DNA from: an uncultured Verrucomicrobiae bacterium
GTDB taxonomy: Bacteria > Verrucomicrobiota > Verrucomicrobiia > Limisphaerales > UBA1100
NCBI GenBank assembly: GCA_937775205.1
Contig: CALKBX010000005.1
Location: 269,087-333,086 of the forward strand
Direction: 5' to 3'
Length of the DNA stretch: 64,000 bases
Positions within the stretch are counted from its first letter, which is position 1. Every line of letters begins with the position of its first letter. Made by a program: the position numbers and the translations under genes. Positions 17,842-27,212 of the stretch are shown here, one piece after another. A model generated the notes under the pieces. It was not told where the DNA came from, ran no database searches, and saw only the letters and a program-made list of their open reading frames with translations.

Positions 17842-18297
17842 ATGTTCAAGCTGCTGATTCTTTTGCCCGCGATTGCGTTGATGATGGGTTGCGCAATCTC
17901 CATTCAATCCATCAAAAATCCTGTTGCCGATTCAATCGCCGAACCCACTGCCACGGAGGTGCGCAATGCGTGGTTCGAGGCATTGGATCGCGCGAATCCG
18001 GATTTGCACGATTCGCTTTTGGTGGCGCTGCATTTGAGCAGGCAAACCGGGGGTGAAGTGTTTGTGCGCCGCCTCGAAATCGAAGGCGCAAAGTCGCTGC
18101 CTCAACGCTATCGCGTATCCGCCGAGCGCGGCGGCGGGGATAATGTGGTGGGCGTGAATTACGCCACGCGCGAATTTCTTTTCGACCACTACCTCCCCGC
18201 CGATGGTCCCTCGATGCAGGATATCCGAACCCACCTCCAAAACGCCGCCAGCATCCGCCGCATCAAGCGCGACCTCGAAATTTTTGGAGACCAATAA
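17842..18297 (+). CDS. Hypothetical lipoprotein
   Basis: MFKLLILLPAIALMMGCAIS carries a lipobox. No family was recognised. Confidence 0.6.
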   Translation: MFKLLILLPAIALMMGCAISIQSIKNPVADSIAEPTATEVRNAWFEALDRANPDLHDSLLVALHLSRQTGGEVFVRRLEIEGAKSLPQRYRVSAERGGGDNVVGVNYATREFLFDHYLPADGPSMQDIRTHLQNAASIRRIKRDLEIFGDQ

Positions 18298-18300
18298 AAA

Positions 18301-18385
18301 TGGTACGCGAGAGAGGACTCGAACCTCCACCCCTTGCGAGACCGGAACCTAAATCCGGCGCGTCTACCAATTCCGCCACTCGCGC
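18301..18385 (-). tRNA. tRNA-Leu (anticodon UAG), CCA encoded
   Basis: The reverse complement reads GCGCGAG-TG-GCG-GAATTGGTAGA-CGC-G-CCGGA-TTTAGGT-TCCGG-TCTCGCAAGGGGT-GGAGG-TTCGAGT-CCTCT-CTCGCGT-A-CCA. That gives a 7-bp acceptor stem (G1:U72), a Leu-type D arm, a long variable arm and the T-loop TTCGAGT. Confidence 0.9.
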
Positions 18386-18471
18386 GTGGGCCCATCTTTC
18401 GGCAAACGGGCGCGCGGGTCAAAGGGCTTTTTCATTGCCGCGCGCGCCCGCCGTGGTGAAGACTGCGCCGC

Positions 18472-19629
18472 GTGCGATTTTTAATGCTCAACTGGCGCGA
18501 CCCGCGCAACCCCCTCGCCGGCGGCGCTGAACGCGTGACCCACGCCTATCTGCACGGTCTCGTGCAGCGCGGCCACGAGGTTACGTGGTTTGCCAATGAA
18601 TTTCCCGGTGCTGATCCGGCGGAGGTCATTGATGACATCGACGTCATTCGCGGCGGCGGCAAATTCACCGCATGGATGGCCGCGCGCAAATGGCACGCCA
18701 CGCAAAAGCCTTTCGATCTGGTTATCGACCAGCACCACGGCATTCCGTGGTACGCGCCCATTTGGTGCACAGACAAATGCGTCGCGTACATTCACGAGGT
18801 GCTCGGCCCAATTTGGAAAGCGTTTTATCCGTGGCCACTCAGCAGCATCGGTAGTTGGCAGGAACGCCTCACGCTGCGCCAATATCGCGACGTGCCCTTT
18901 TGGACCGCGAGCAGCCACACGCGCGGACATTTGCAGGAACAAGGCATCGACTGCGTGACGCAAATTCCCTACGGAGTCGACACGCGCGCACTCGAGGCGC
19001 TGCCGGAAAAGGAACTCGATGAGCCGCTGCAACTCATCACCGTCTCCCGCCTCGCGCCCAACAAACAGGTGGACCATGCCATCGCCGCGCTGTGGAGTTT
19101 GCTTGGCGAACACGAGGTGAAGGCGAAATTAAAAATCGTCGGCCAAGGCCAGGAAGAACCCGCGCTGCGTCGGTTGGCGGCTGAGTTAAAAGTGGAAGAC
19201 CACGTCGAGTTTTGCGGCCAACTCCCCGAGGCCGAAAAAGACGCCGCTCTGCGTGACGCCCATTTTCTGCTGCACACTTCCCTGCGCGAAGGCTGGGGGC
19301 TCAACGTCATCGAAGCCAACGCCCTCGGCACGCCGGCCATTGTGTATCCCACGCCCGGTTTGGTGGAATCCACCTTGCACCGCCAAACCGGCCTCGTTGC
19401 CGACGAGGAATCCCCCGCCTCACTCGCCGCGATGATCGCCGACGTGCAATGCCACGATGGCGCGTATCAGGATTGGCGCATCGCCGCCCGCGATCGCGCC
19501 GCCACCTTTCACTGGGATCAAGTGCTCCCCGCCGCCTGCGACCAACTCGAAGCCTGGGCAAAGGGGGACGAATTGGACTGGAAGGATGAGGAGGAAGAAT
19601 CCGACATCGATGAAATTGACGACGAATGA
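18472..19629 (+). CDS. Glycosyltransferase family 4 (GT-B, retaining)
   Basis: VSRLAPNKQVDHAI ... HTSLREGWGLNVIEANALGTPAIV contains the EX7E motif. The C-terminal tail is acidic. Confidence 0.85.
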   Translation: MRFLMLNWRDPRNPLAGGAERVTHAYLHGLVQRGHEVTWFANEFPGADPAEVIDDIDVIRGGGKFTAWMAARKWHATQKPFDLVIDQHHGIPWYAPIWCTDKCVAYIHEVLGPIWKAFYPWPLSSIGSWQERLTLRQYRDVPFWTASSHTRGHLQEQGIDCVTQIPYGVDTRALEALPEKELDEPLQLITVSRLAPNKQVDHAIAALWSLLGEHEVKAKLKIVGQGQEEPALRRLAAELKVEDHVEFCGQLPEAEKDAALRDAHFLLHTSLREGWGLNVIEANALGTPAIVYPTPGLVESTLHRQTGLVADEESPASLAAMIADVQCHDGAYQDWRIAARDRAATFHWDQVLPAACDQLEAWAKGDELDWKDEEEESDIDEIDDE

Positions 19630-20348
19630 GCGCTCATCTTTACAGCGGCCCCACCGGCAAAGTGAGATGGTTCGCCAGGCGCTTTGGCTGGAGTGAAATT
19701 TTCCTGCTGCCCCTGCGCAAACTCGCCTCGCCCATCGTGCGACCCTTCCTCCGCCCGCGGGAATTCGAATACCGCGGCGAACGCCTCCAATGCGTTTACG
19801 AAAACTACAACGTCACGTGGAGCAACGAACGCTGCGCCGAACTCCCAATCGCCCGCTGGCACCTCGCCCAAACCGAAGGCCCCGTGCTCGAAGTCGGCAA
19901 CGTGCTCGGCCATTACGGTCCCCACTCGCACACCGTCATCGACAAATACGAAACCGCCCCAAGCGTCATCAATGCCGACATCACCCAATGGCAAACCGAC
20001 TGGCGATTTGCGCTCATCATTTCCATTTCCACCTTCGAGCACATTGGCTTCGATGATGAGGCCGAAGGCGATTCCGGCGAAAAAATCCGCGGCGCCATCG
20101 CCGCCTGCCGCGCCTTGCTCGCGCCCGATGGATGCCTCGTCATCACCGTGCCGCTCGGCTACAATCCCGCCTTGGACGATTTAATCGCCAACGAAACCCT
20201 CGGCGCAAATGAAGCGCGCTTTCTCCTGCGCCACAGCCACCGTGAATGGCGCGAAGCCTCGCCCAACAAAGCCCTCGGCACAAAATACGGCAAACCGTTT
20301 CCCTACGCCAACGGCCTGTGGATCGCCCAATTTAACGCCCCAAGCTAA
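19626..20348 (+). CDS. Hypothetical protein, possibly class I SAM-methyltransferase-like
   Basis: There is a 4-nt overlap with the upstream GT4. VLEVGNVLG and FALIISISTFEHIGFDD ... LLAPDGCLVITVP weakly resemble a Rossmann methyltransferase fold. Confidence 0.45.
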   Translation: MSAHLYSGPTGKVRWFARRFGWSEIFLLPLRKLASPIVRPFLRPREFEYRGERLQCVYENYNVTWSNERCAELPIARWHLAQTEGPVLEVGNVLGHYGPHSHTVIDKYETAPSVINADITQWQTDWRFALIISISTFEHIGFDDEAEGDSGEKIRGAIAACRALLAPDGCLVITVPLGYNPALDDLIANETLGANEARFLLRHSHREWREASPNKALGTKYGKPFPYANGLWIAQFNAPS

Positions 20349-20384
20349 TGCAGTTACTCCACAAAAACCTGAACCCGGGGACCG

Positions 20385-20464
20385 CACGCGGCTCGCGTGC
20401 TCGCCTTGGCGGCCTGCCAAGGCGCATTTCGGTGGGCCACCGAAATGAACACGCGAGCCGCGTG
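20385..20464. repeat. Nested-hairpin structured intergenic element
   Basis: A 15-bp perfect outer inverted repeat (20385-20399 cacgcggctcgcgtg / 20450-20464 cacgcgagccgcgtg) encloses two further hairpins. One is 20403-20410/20416-20423 (gccttggc/gccaaggc). The other is the palindrome 20426-20446 (atttcggtgg g ccaccgaaat). Confidence 0.7.
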
Positions 20465-20478
20465 TTCTCCCCAAACTA

Positions 20479-21663
20479 ATGCGTCTCCTGCTGGTTTCAT
20501 TTTTTTACGAGCACGACCACGGCGGCGCCGAGATGGTTGCGCGCGAAGCCGCCGCGTTGTTGCGGTGTTGCGCGGGGTGGGAGGTGGAGGTGCTGTGCCT
20601 CGCCGGCGGGCCCGATCGCGGCGAGTCGGGAATGCATCGCATCACGCCGCCGCGTTGGTGTTCGCAAAACGCGCAGACGTTTAAGCGAACGATTTTATTT
20701 TTGCCAAACCGGATGCTCGACCGATCGCTTTTCCGCGCCGCCCAAAGCGCCGGCGTGCGATCGGAAAATTACGACGCTATTTTCTGTCCGGACATGAATG
20801 CCCTTGTCCTTGCGCACGCCCTCGCCGAAGCCGCCGACAAACCGCTCTTCACGTGGTGCCAGGAAGTCGTCCCCAAACGGATGGACGCAGACGCCACTCG
20901 CGCCACTCTCGCGCCCTTGATCAATGTGTGGCTGCGCGGCCGCGATACCCCGTGGAAAAAAGCCCTCGCCGCCAGCGCGCGCGTGGCCGGTGTTTCTGAT
21001 TTCATCACCGACCGCTGCCGCGCCTTCGCGGGCGATGGCACTGTTGAAAGCGATGCAAAATTCACCACGCTGTATCAGCCCGTTGAAGATTATTTTTTAC
21101 AACCGCCCGCGCGCCCGGTCGCCACTGAAGGCCCCGCGAAGGTTTTATTTTATGGACGCCTTTCCGCCGAGAAAGGCATCGACCTCCTCCTCGCCGCGTG
21201 GCGCAAACTCCAACCCAACGCCACCCTTTCCATTCTCGGAATGGACGGCCCGCTGCGCACCGAAGTGGAACGCGCCACGGGCGACGACATCCATCTGCTG
21301 AACCACGTTGCCCACGTGGATGTGCCAAAACTAATTTCCCAACACGACATCGTCGTCTGCCCCTCCCGCGTGGAAGAAAGCCTCTGCCGCACCGCCCTCG
21401 AAGCCCGCCTCCTTGAACGCGTTGTGGTCGCCAGCCAATCCGGTGCCATCCCCGAAGTGGTTAGCGGCTATCCGCTGGCACATTCCACAGAGATTCGCAC
21501 CGATGACGCAACGGCAATCGGCAATCTCACCAAGACACTGCAGACCGCGCTAGAGGAACGACGTCCGTTGGCGAATGCGGAACGTGATGCGGAGAAAACC
21601 TTTCGTGAAAAATTCCTGCCCGTAACTTTCGTGCACCAATTTCGAATGTTGACGGAAATTTAA
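20479..21663 (+). CDS. Glycosyltransferase family 4
   Basis: GRLSAEKGIDLLLAAW ... PSRVEESLCRTALEARLLERVVVAS is a GT4 C-terminal domain pattern. Confidence 0.8.
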   Translation: MRLLLVSFFYEHDHGGAEMVAREAAALLRCCAGWEVEVLCLAGGPDRGESGMHRITPPRWCSQNAQTFKRTILFLPNRMLDRSLFRAAQSAGVRSENYDAIFCPDMNALVLAHALAEAADKPLFTWCQEVVPKRMDADATRATLAPLINVWLRGRDTPWKKALAASARVAGVSDFITDRCRAFAGDGTVESDAKFTTLYQPVEDYFLQPPARPVATEGPAKVLFYGRLSAEKGIDLLLAAWRKLQPNATLSILGMDGPLRTEVERATGDDIHLLNHVAHVDVPKLISQHDIVVCPSRVEESLCRTALEARLLERVVVASQSGAIPEVVSGYPLAHSTEIRTDDATAIGNLTKTLQTALEERRPLANAERDAEKTFREKFLPVTFVHQFRMLTEI

Positions 21664-22671
21664 TCCACCTTCTCCATCCAAAAACACGCGCCACTTGGCG
21701 GTTCGCCGTTTTGCATCGCCTCGGCGGTGATGGGGCATTTTTTCTGAATGGCCTTGGGGTGGGTGTGCAGGAGGTGATTCATCATCCAGCGGATTTGCCA
21801 CGCGCGGTTGTGCGTTAAAAATGCTTCGAGGAGGTATTGTTCGTTCCAGAGTTTGACTTGGTCGATGATGAGCGGGGTGGGATAATCCATCGGGGTGGCG
21901 ATGTCGTGGACGTGGACCCACACGCCCTTGGGGAGGCGCGGGAGGATTTGCAGGTATTCGGTGACGACATCGCCTTGCGGGCGGATGACGTGCGAGGAAT
22001 CGATGAACACTACATCGCGCGGCGCGAGGTCCGGCAAAGACATCGGGGCTCACCTCCTCCACGCGTTGGCGCAGGACGGTGACGTCGAGTTGCTCGAGCC
22101 ACGGGTTTTCGTAGGGCTCAATGCAGGTGTGTTCGCACCGGGGTGCGCCGTCTTTTTCGTTTTGGGCAAAGGCGAGTTGGGCAAGGCGCGTGCTCATGCC
22201 GCAGCCGATTTCGATGAACCGCCGCGGCTTGAGATGACGCAGGAAATTATAAAGCATCTCCGCGTCGCCGCGTCCGTAGCCGGGGTTGTTGTAAAAAAAG
22301 CCATCGGTGCCCTCCATCGGAATGGCGAGTAACTCGTCATTGAAATCAAAGTCATCGAGTTGCGCGAGCATTTCGGCGTCATCCCATTCAATGCCCGGCA
22401 GCGCGCGCGGTTCTTCCAGCGAACGCGTGAGGTGGGCGGGGTTGACGAGCGGCTCGTAATAATGATCGCGTACGGGGAACACCCGTGTTTTGCGAAACAC
22501 CCAGCGCGCCACGCGAAACCGCTCCACCCCAGCCATCCGAATGGCGCCGAGCAATAGCGCCCCCGCCAGCGTGAATGGCACCAACAACACATCCGCCACC
22601 GGCAACAACGCCTCCACGCCGCGCCGCAACAGGCCGTTGGGCGGAAACAAGTTGAACAAAAAATCACGCAC
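21660..22671 (-). pseudogene. Class I SAM-dependent methyltransferase (FIDSSH type), frame-disrupted
   Basis: - The upstream part is in the frame of track ORF 21550-22875 (...FIEIGCGMSTRLA...LRQRVEEVSP).
- The downstream part is in the frame of track ORF 21660-22043 (SLPDLAPRDVVFIDSSHVIRPQGDV...WNEQYLLEAFL).
- These are two halves of one domain, offset by +1 somewhere in 22016-22049. A CCCC run lies on the coding strand at 22045-22048.
- The start was set at the GTG at 22671 (MRDFLFNLF...) to avoid overlap with rfbF, and is uncertain. Confidence 0.6.
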
Positions 22672-22765
22672 GATTGGCGTGACCGTAGCAATCGCCCGCG
22701 GGCCGCAAGCCGCCGCAACGGCGAAGGTGTTGACCTTCCGGCCCGAAACCGCGTAGCCTCCCGCG

Positions 22766-23539
22766 ATGCAGGTGGTTATCCTATGCGGCGGCCAGGGCAC
22801 GCGATTGCGCGAGGAGACGGAGTATCGTCCCAAGCCGATGGTGCCCGTCGGTGGCCGGCCGATTCTCTGGCACATTATGAAAACCTACGCCCACCACGGG
22901 CATCGCGATTTCATTCTGTGCCTCGGTTACAAAGGCGAGGTCATCAAGGATTATTTTCGAAACTACCTTTGGCAAACCAGCGACGTGACGCTCAAGCTCG
23001 GCCGCGAGCCGGAGGTGAAGTACCACACCCATCACGACGAGGAAGACTGGACGGTGACCCTCCTCGACACCGGCCCCGCCACCGAGACCGGTGGCCGTCT
23101 TGCGCGCGCGCTGCCGCATGTGCGCGATGAAAATTTTCTGTTCACCTACGGCGACGGCCTGACCGACAGCGACCTCAACGCCTCCATTGAGTTTCACCAA
23201 AACCACGGCGCGATCGCGACCGCCACCGCCGTGCAACCGGCCGGCCGTTTTGGCGAGCTTTCCATCAACGAAGGTACCATCACCACCTTCAGCGAAAAAC
23301 CCGACCGCGAGCCGCGCTTTGTCAACGGCGGCTTTTGCGTGTTCAACAAACGCATCGGCGATTATTTGACCGGTGACGATTGCATCCTCGAGCGCGAGCC
23401 ATTGGAGCGCCTCGCCAGCGAAGGCCAGCTCAAGGCCCATTGTCACACTGGCTTTTGGCAGTGCATGGACACCCATCGCGAGCAGCAACAACTCGAGTCC
23501 CTCTGGGCCGCCGGCGATGCGCCGTGGAAAATCTGGTAG
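22766..23539 (+). CDS. rfbF: Glucose-1-phosphate cytidylyltransferase
   Basis: MQVVILCGGQGTRLREETEYRPKPMVPVGGRPILWHIMKTY... 257 aa, the canonical RfbF N-terminus and length. Confidence 0.9.
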   Translation: MQVVILCGGQGTRLREETEYRPKPMVPVGGRPILWHIMKTYAHHGHRDFILCLGYKGEVIKDYFRNYLWQTSDVTLKLGREPEVKYHTHHDEEDWTVTLLDTGPATETGGRLARALPHVRDENFLFTYGDGLTDSDLNASIEFHQNHGAIATATAVQPAGRFGELSINEGTITTFSEKPDREPRFVNGGFCVFNKRIGDYLTGDDCILEREPLERLASEGQLKAHCHTGFWQCMDTHREQQQLESLWAAGDAPWKIW

Positions 23540-23541
23540 GA

Positions 23542-24623
23542 ATGTTCGGTAAATTTTATAGCGGTAAAACCGCGTGGGTCACCGGCCACACCGGCTTCAA
23601 GGGCGCGTGGCTCAGCCTGTGGCTGCGCGACCTCGGCGCGACACGTCCACGGCCTTGCCCTCGCGCCGCACGCCCCGCCCAATCTCCACGAAACCCTCGC
23701 GCCCAAAACGTTCGCCAGCGAAACCATCGGGGACATCAGCGATTTTGATTTGGTCAAACAAACCGCTGCCAAAGCAAAGCCCGACATCGTTTTCCATCTC
23801 GCCGCCCAACCGCTCGTGCGGCGCTCGTACGACGCGCCATTGGAAACCGCCACCACCAACATCCTCGGCACCGCTCACGTGCTCGAGGCGTTGCGGCAAA
23901 ACAAAAACGACTGCCCCGTCGTCGTTATCACCAGCGACAAATGTTATGAAAATGATGGCAGCCTCCCGCGCCTTCACCGAGGCCGACCCGCTCGGCGGGC
24001 ACGACATTTATTCCGCCAGCAAAGCCGCCACCGAAATTATGACCCGCAGTTGGCAGCGCGCCTTCGGTGGCCGCATCGCCACCGCCCGCGCCGGCAACGT
24101 CATCGGCGGCGGCGATTACGGCGTCGACCGCATCGTGCCCGATTGCGTCCGCTCGCTCGAAGCCGGTGAGCCTATCGCCGTCCGAAGCCCCGCCGCCACG
24201 CGTCCGTGGCAGCACGTGTTCGATTGTCTTTCCGGCTACCTTTGGCTCGGCGCGCGCTTGGCCGAGGACGATGCCTTCGCCGACGCCTTCAACTTCGGCC
24301 CCACTCCCGAGGCCCAACGTCCCGTGCGCGAGCTCGTGGAAAATTTCCTCCAACACTGGCCCGGCGAATGGACCGACGCCTCCGATCCAGCCGCCCCGCA
24401 CGAAGCCGCCACGCTTTCCCTCGCCATTGATAAAGCCCGCGAGCAACTCGGCTGGCAACCCGTTTGGGATTTCGCCAACGCCGTCCAGCGCACCGCGCGC
24501 TGGTATCATCAACGCCACGTCGTAAACGCCGAAGACCTCCACGGCCTCAGCCTCGCCCAACTCGAGGCGTACACCGCCGATGCCACCGCCAAAACCAGTG
24601 CATTCGCTGCGTGGGCCAAATAA
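23542..24623 (+). pseudogene. rfbG: CDP-glucose 4,6-dehydratase, interrupted by two +1 frame disruptions
   Basis: - Segment 1, frame of 23542: MFGKFYSGKTAWVTGHTGFKGAWLSLWLRDLGA.
- Segment 2, +1 frame from about 23642: VHGLALAPHAPPNLHE...IVFHLAAQPLVRRSY...VVVITSDKCYENDGSL.
- Segment 3, a further +1 from about 23967: RAFTEADPLGGHDIYSASKAATE...RTARWYHQRH.
- Removing one base at each junction restores spacing equal to what I recall for enterobacterial RfbG. Confidence 0.8.
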
Positions 24624-24624
24624 A

Positions 24625-25843
24625 ATGCTCGAGAATTTCCAATGCCGCTCGTGCGCCGCGTGCTCCGGCGAATTGATTCTCGATCTCGGCGAACAACCGC
24701 TCGCCAACAATCCTGCCTCGCGCCCACGAAGACCTCGCCCAACCCGAGCCGCGCTTTCCGCTGCGCCTCGCCGTGTGTACCGAATGTTGGTTGCTGCAAA
24801 TCACCGACCTCGTGCCGCCGGTCGAATTGTTCAGCAATTACATTTATTTTTCGTCGTACTCCGACGCGTGGACGCAACACGCCGCCGAATGCGCCGCGCG
24901 CTATCGCGATGAGTTCGCGCCAAACTACGTCATCGAAATCGCCAGCAACGATGGGTATCTCCTGCGCCACTTTGCCGAAGCCAACACGCCGCACCTCGGC
25001 ATCGAGCCCGCCGAAAACATCGCCACCGCCGCGCGCGAAAAAGGCATCAAAACTCGCACGGATTTTTTTACTGAAAAACTCGCGCAAGAATTAGCTGCCG
25101 AAAAACCGGCCGACCTCATCCTCGCCAACAACGTCTTCGCCCACGCGCCGGACATCAACGACTTCGTCGCCGGCCTCAAAACACTGCTAGCTCCCGAAGG
25201 CCGCGCCATCCTCGAATTCCCTCACGCGGTCGAAATGATTGCCCAAGACGAATTCGACACCATCTATCACGAGCACGTTTTCTATTTCACCCTCACCGCT
25301 CTCGAACCTGTTTTTGCGCGCCACGCCCTGCGCGTCACGCGCGCCGAACGCACGCCGATGCACGGCGGTTCGCTGCGGATTTTTGTGCGACACGAATCGC
25401 ACGCCGCCGATGAAACCGTCGCGGCGTTGCGCGCGGAAGAAAACCAATCGGGCGTCGGCAGTCTCAGCTATTATCAAAACTTTTCCGCCAACGCCTCCGC
25501 CATCCGCGACCAATTACGCGACCAAATCGCCGCCCTCAAAGCCGAAGGCAAAACCCTCGCCGCCTACGGTGCGGCGGCCAAGGGCAGCACGTTGCTGAAT
25601 TTTTGTGGCATCACGGCTGATGATCTTGCCTTCGTGGCCGACTGCAGTCCACACAAGCAGGGCAAGCTAATGCCCGGCGCGCACGTGCCGATTGTGCCAC
25701 CGGAAGAGCTGGCCGATCGCGCGCCGGACGTCACTTTATTGTTGGCGTGGAATTTCGCTGATGAAATCCTTGCGCAGCAGCAAGCGTACCGCAACGCGGG
25801 CGGGAAATTCCTGATCCCCATCCCCGAGGTGCGGCTGGTTTGA
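24625..25843 (+). pseudogene. Sugar C-methyltransferase (zinc-ribbon N-domain + class I SAM MTase + C-methyltransferase C-domain), one +1 frame disruption
   Basis: The frame of 24625 reads MLENFQCRSCAACSGELILDLGEQPLAN. The +1 frame from about 24710 reads ILPRAHEDLAQPEPRFPLRLAVCTECWLLQITDLVPPVELFSNYIYFSSYS... and continues to 25843 (track ORF 24773-25843). Confidence 0.75.
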
Positions 25844-26376
25844 CCATGAAATTTACCGAAACGAAAATCCACGGCGTGTTTGTCATCGAGCTGGAAAAGC
25901 ACGAGGACGACCGCGGCTGGTTCGCTCGCGCGTGGTGCTGCGAGGAATTCACCGCGCACGGTTTACCGACCGATCTCGCCCAAACCAATCTATCGCACAA
26001 CGCCCAACGCGGCACCGTGCGCGGAATGCATTTCCAAACCGCCCCGCACGCGGAAGCCAAGCTCGTCCGTTGCGTCGCCGGCGCGGTGCACGACATCGCG
26101 CTGGATCTCCGGCCGGAGTCGCCGACCTTCAAGCAATCCGTCGCCACCGAACTCAGCGCCGACAATGGACGTGCCGTGTTTCTGCCCGAAGGCATCGCGC
26201 ACGGATTCCAAACGCTCACCGACGATGCCACGCTATTTTATCAAATGAGCGCGCCGTACGCGCCGGAGTTCGCCCGCGGTGTGCGCTGGGATGACGCGGC
26301 GTTTCAAATCGAGTGGCCCATCGCCGAGGCCATCGTGTGCGAGCGCGATTTGGCTTTTCCTATTTTCACCGAATGA
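25840..26376 (+). CDS. RmlC-like NDP-4-keto-6-deoxyhexose 3,5-epimerase (cupin)
   Basis: IHGVFVIELEKHEDDRGWFARAW ... RGMHFQ ... KLVRCVAGAVHDIALDLR. The start overlaps the upstream stop (ATGA). Confidence 0.85.
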   Translation: MTMKFTETKIHGVFVIELEKHEDDRGWFARAWCCEEFTAHGLPTDLAQTNLSHNAQRGTVRGMHFQTAPHAEAKLVRCVAGAVHDIALDLRPESPTFKQSVATELSADNGRAVFLPEGIAHGFQTLTDDATLFYQMSAPYAPEFARGVRWDDAAFQIEWPIAEAIVCERDLAFPIFTE

Positions 26377-27212
26377 GCACGCTACTCACAGATGAACAGC
26401 TCGCCGCCTTTGCGCGTGATGGATTTTTGGTGTTGGCGGATTTTTATGAACGCGCCGAAATGGAAGCCGTGCAACGCGGCGTCCATTCAATAATTGGTTT
26501 GCTCATCGAACAACACCAACTCGCCATCGAGCAAACCGACTTTGCGGCGGAGACATTCGACGCGGGCTACCAAGCCCTCATCGCGCACGACCGCGCCTTG
26601 GGCGGGGTGGTTTATGATGCGGCAAAACAAATCCCCGCGTTCATCCGGCTCGTGGCCAGCGCCCAACACGAGGCAGTGATGCGGCAAGTGCGCGGCACGG
26701 ACGCGCCGGCCATCGCGGCGGGCGGTTACGGCATTCGCATTGACAATCCCGCTGAGGAAAAATTTCGCGCCGGATGGCATCAGGATTATCCCGCGCAGTT
26801 TCGCAGTTTGGATGGGCTGGTTTTTTGGAGTCCGCTCATTGCGATGACGGATGAACTCGGCCCCGTTGAGTTTTGCATCGGCTCGCACAAAGACGGCCTT
26901 GCGCCTTTACGCGAAAGCGATTCGGCTAATCCCGACAAAACCGGCGCGTACGGATTGACCTTGGCCGACGAAGCGGCGCGCGTGGCCAAATACCAAAAGG
27001 CTGCGCCACTCACGGAGCCGGGCGATTTGGTGCTCGTCGATTTCCTTACATTACACCGATCGGGCGAAAACTGCAGTGCCCGCTCGCGGTGGTCGATGCA
27101 AATACGTTGGTTCAACTTCGCCGAGCCCACCGGCAAACGCCTCGGCTGGGTCGGCTCCTTTGCCGCCGGCAACGACCTCCGCGCGGTGCATCCGGAATTG
27201 GTGGTGGAATGA
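26373..27212 (+). CDS. Phytanoyl-CoA dioxygenase (PhyH) family Fe(II)/2-oxoglutarate oxygenase
   Basis: The start was trimmed to the ATG at 26373 (ATGA overlap). LTDEQLAAFARDGFLVL, GWHQDYP (HxD) and LTLHRSGEN are present. Confidence 0.75.
   Translation: MSTLLTDEQLAAFARDGFLVLADFYERAEMEAVQRGVHSIIGLLIEQHQLAIEQTDFAAETFDAGYQALIAHDRALGGVVYDAAKQIPAFIRLVASAQHEAVMRQVRGTDAPAIAAGGYGIRIDNPAEEKFRAGWHQDYPAQFRSLDGLVFWSPLIAMTDELGPVEFCIGSHKDGLAPLRESDSANPDKTGAYGLTLADEAARVAKYQKAAPLTEPGDLVLVDFLTLHRSGENCSARSRWSMQIRWFNFAEPTGKRLGWVGSFAAGNDLRAVHPELVVE

Noticed and set aside
18301-18385. Possibility that the long-variable-arm tRNA is tRNA-Sec, serving the nearby TGA-containing gene.
   Set aside because: The anticodon loop reads TTTAGGT (anticodon UAG). 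The D arm (GGAATTGGTAGA) and the 7-bp acceptor stem are Leu-type. tRNA-Sec would have a UCA anticodon and an 8+5 acceptor/T geometry.
18394-18452. GC-rich inverted repeat (gggcgcgcggg ... ccgcgcgcgccc) between tRNA-Leu and the GT4 gene, considered as a terminator.
   Set aside because: It lies upstream of both flanking genes, because the tRNA is on the minus strand and the GT4 on the plus strand. The arms are simple (CG)n-like sequence of unequal length, and no T-run follows. It is probably fortuitous.
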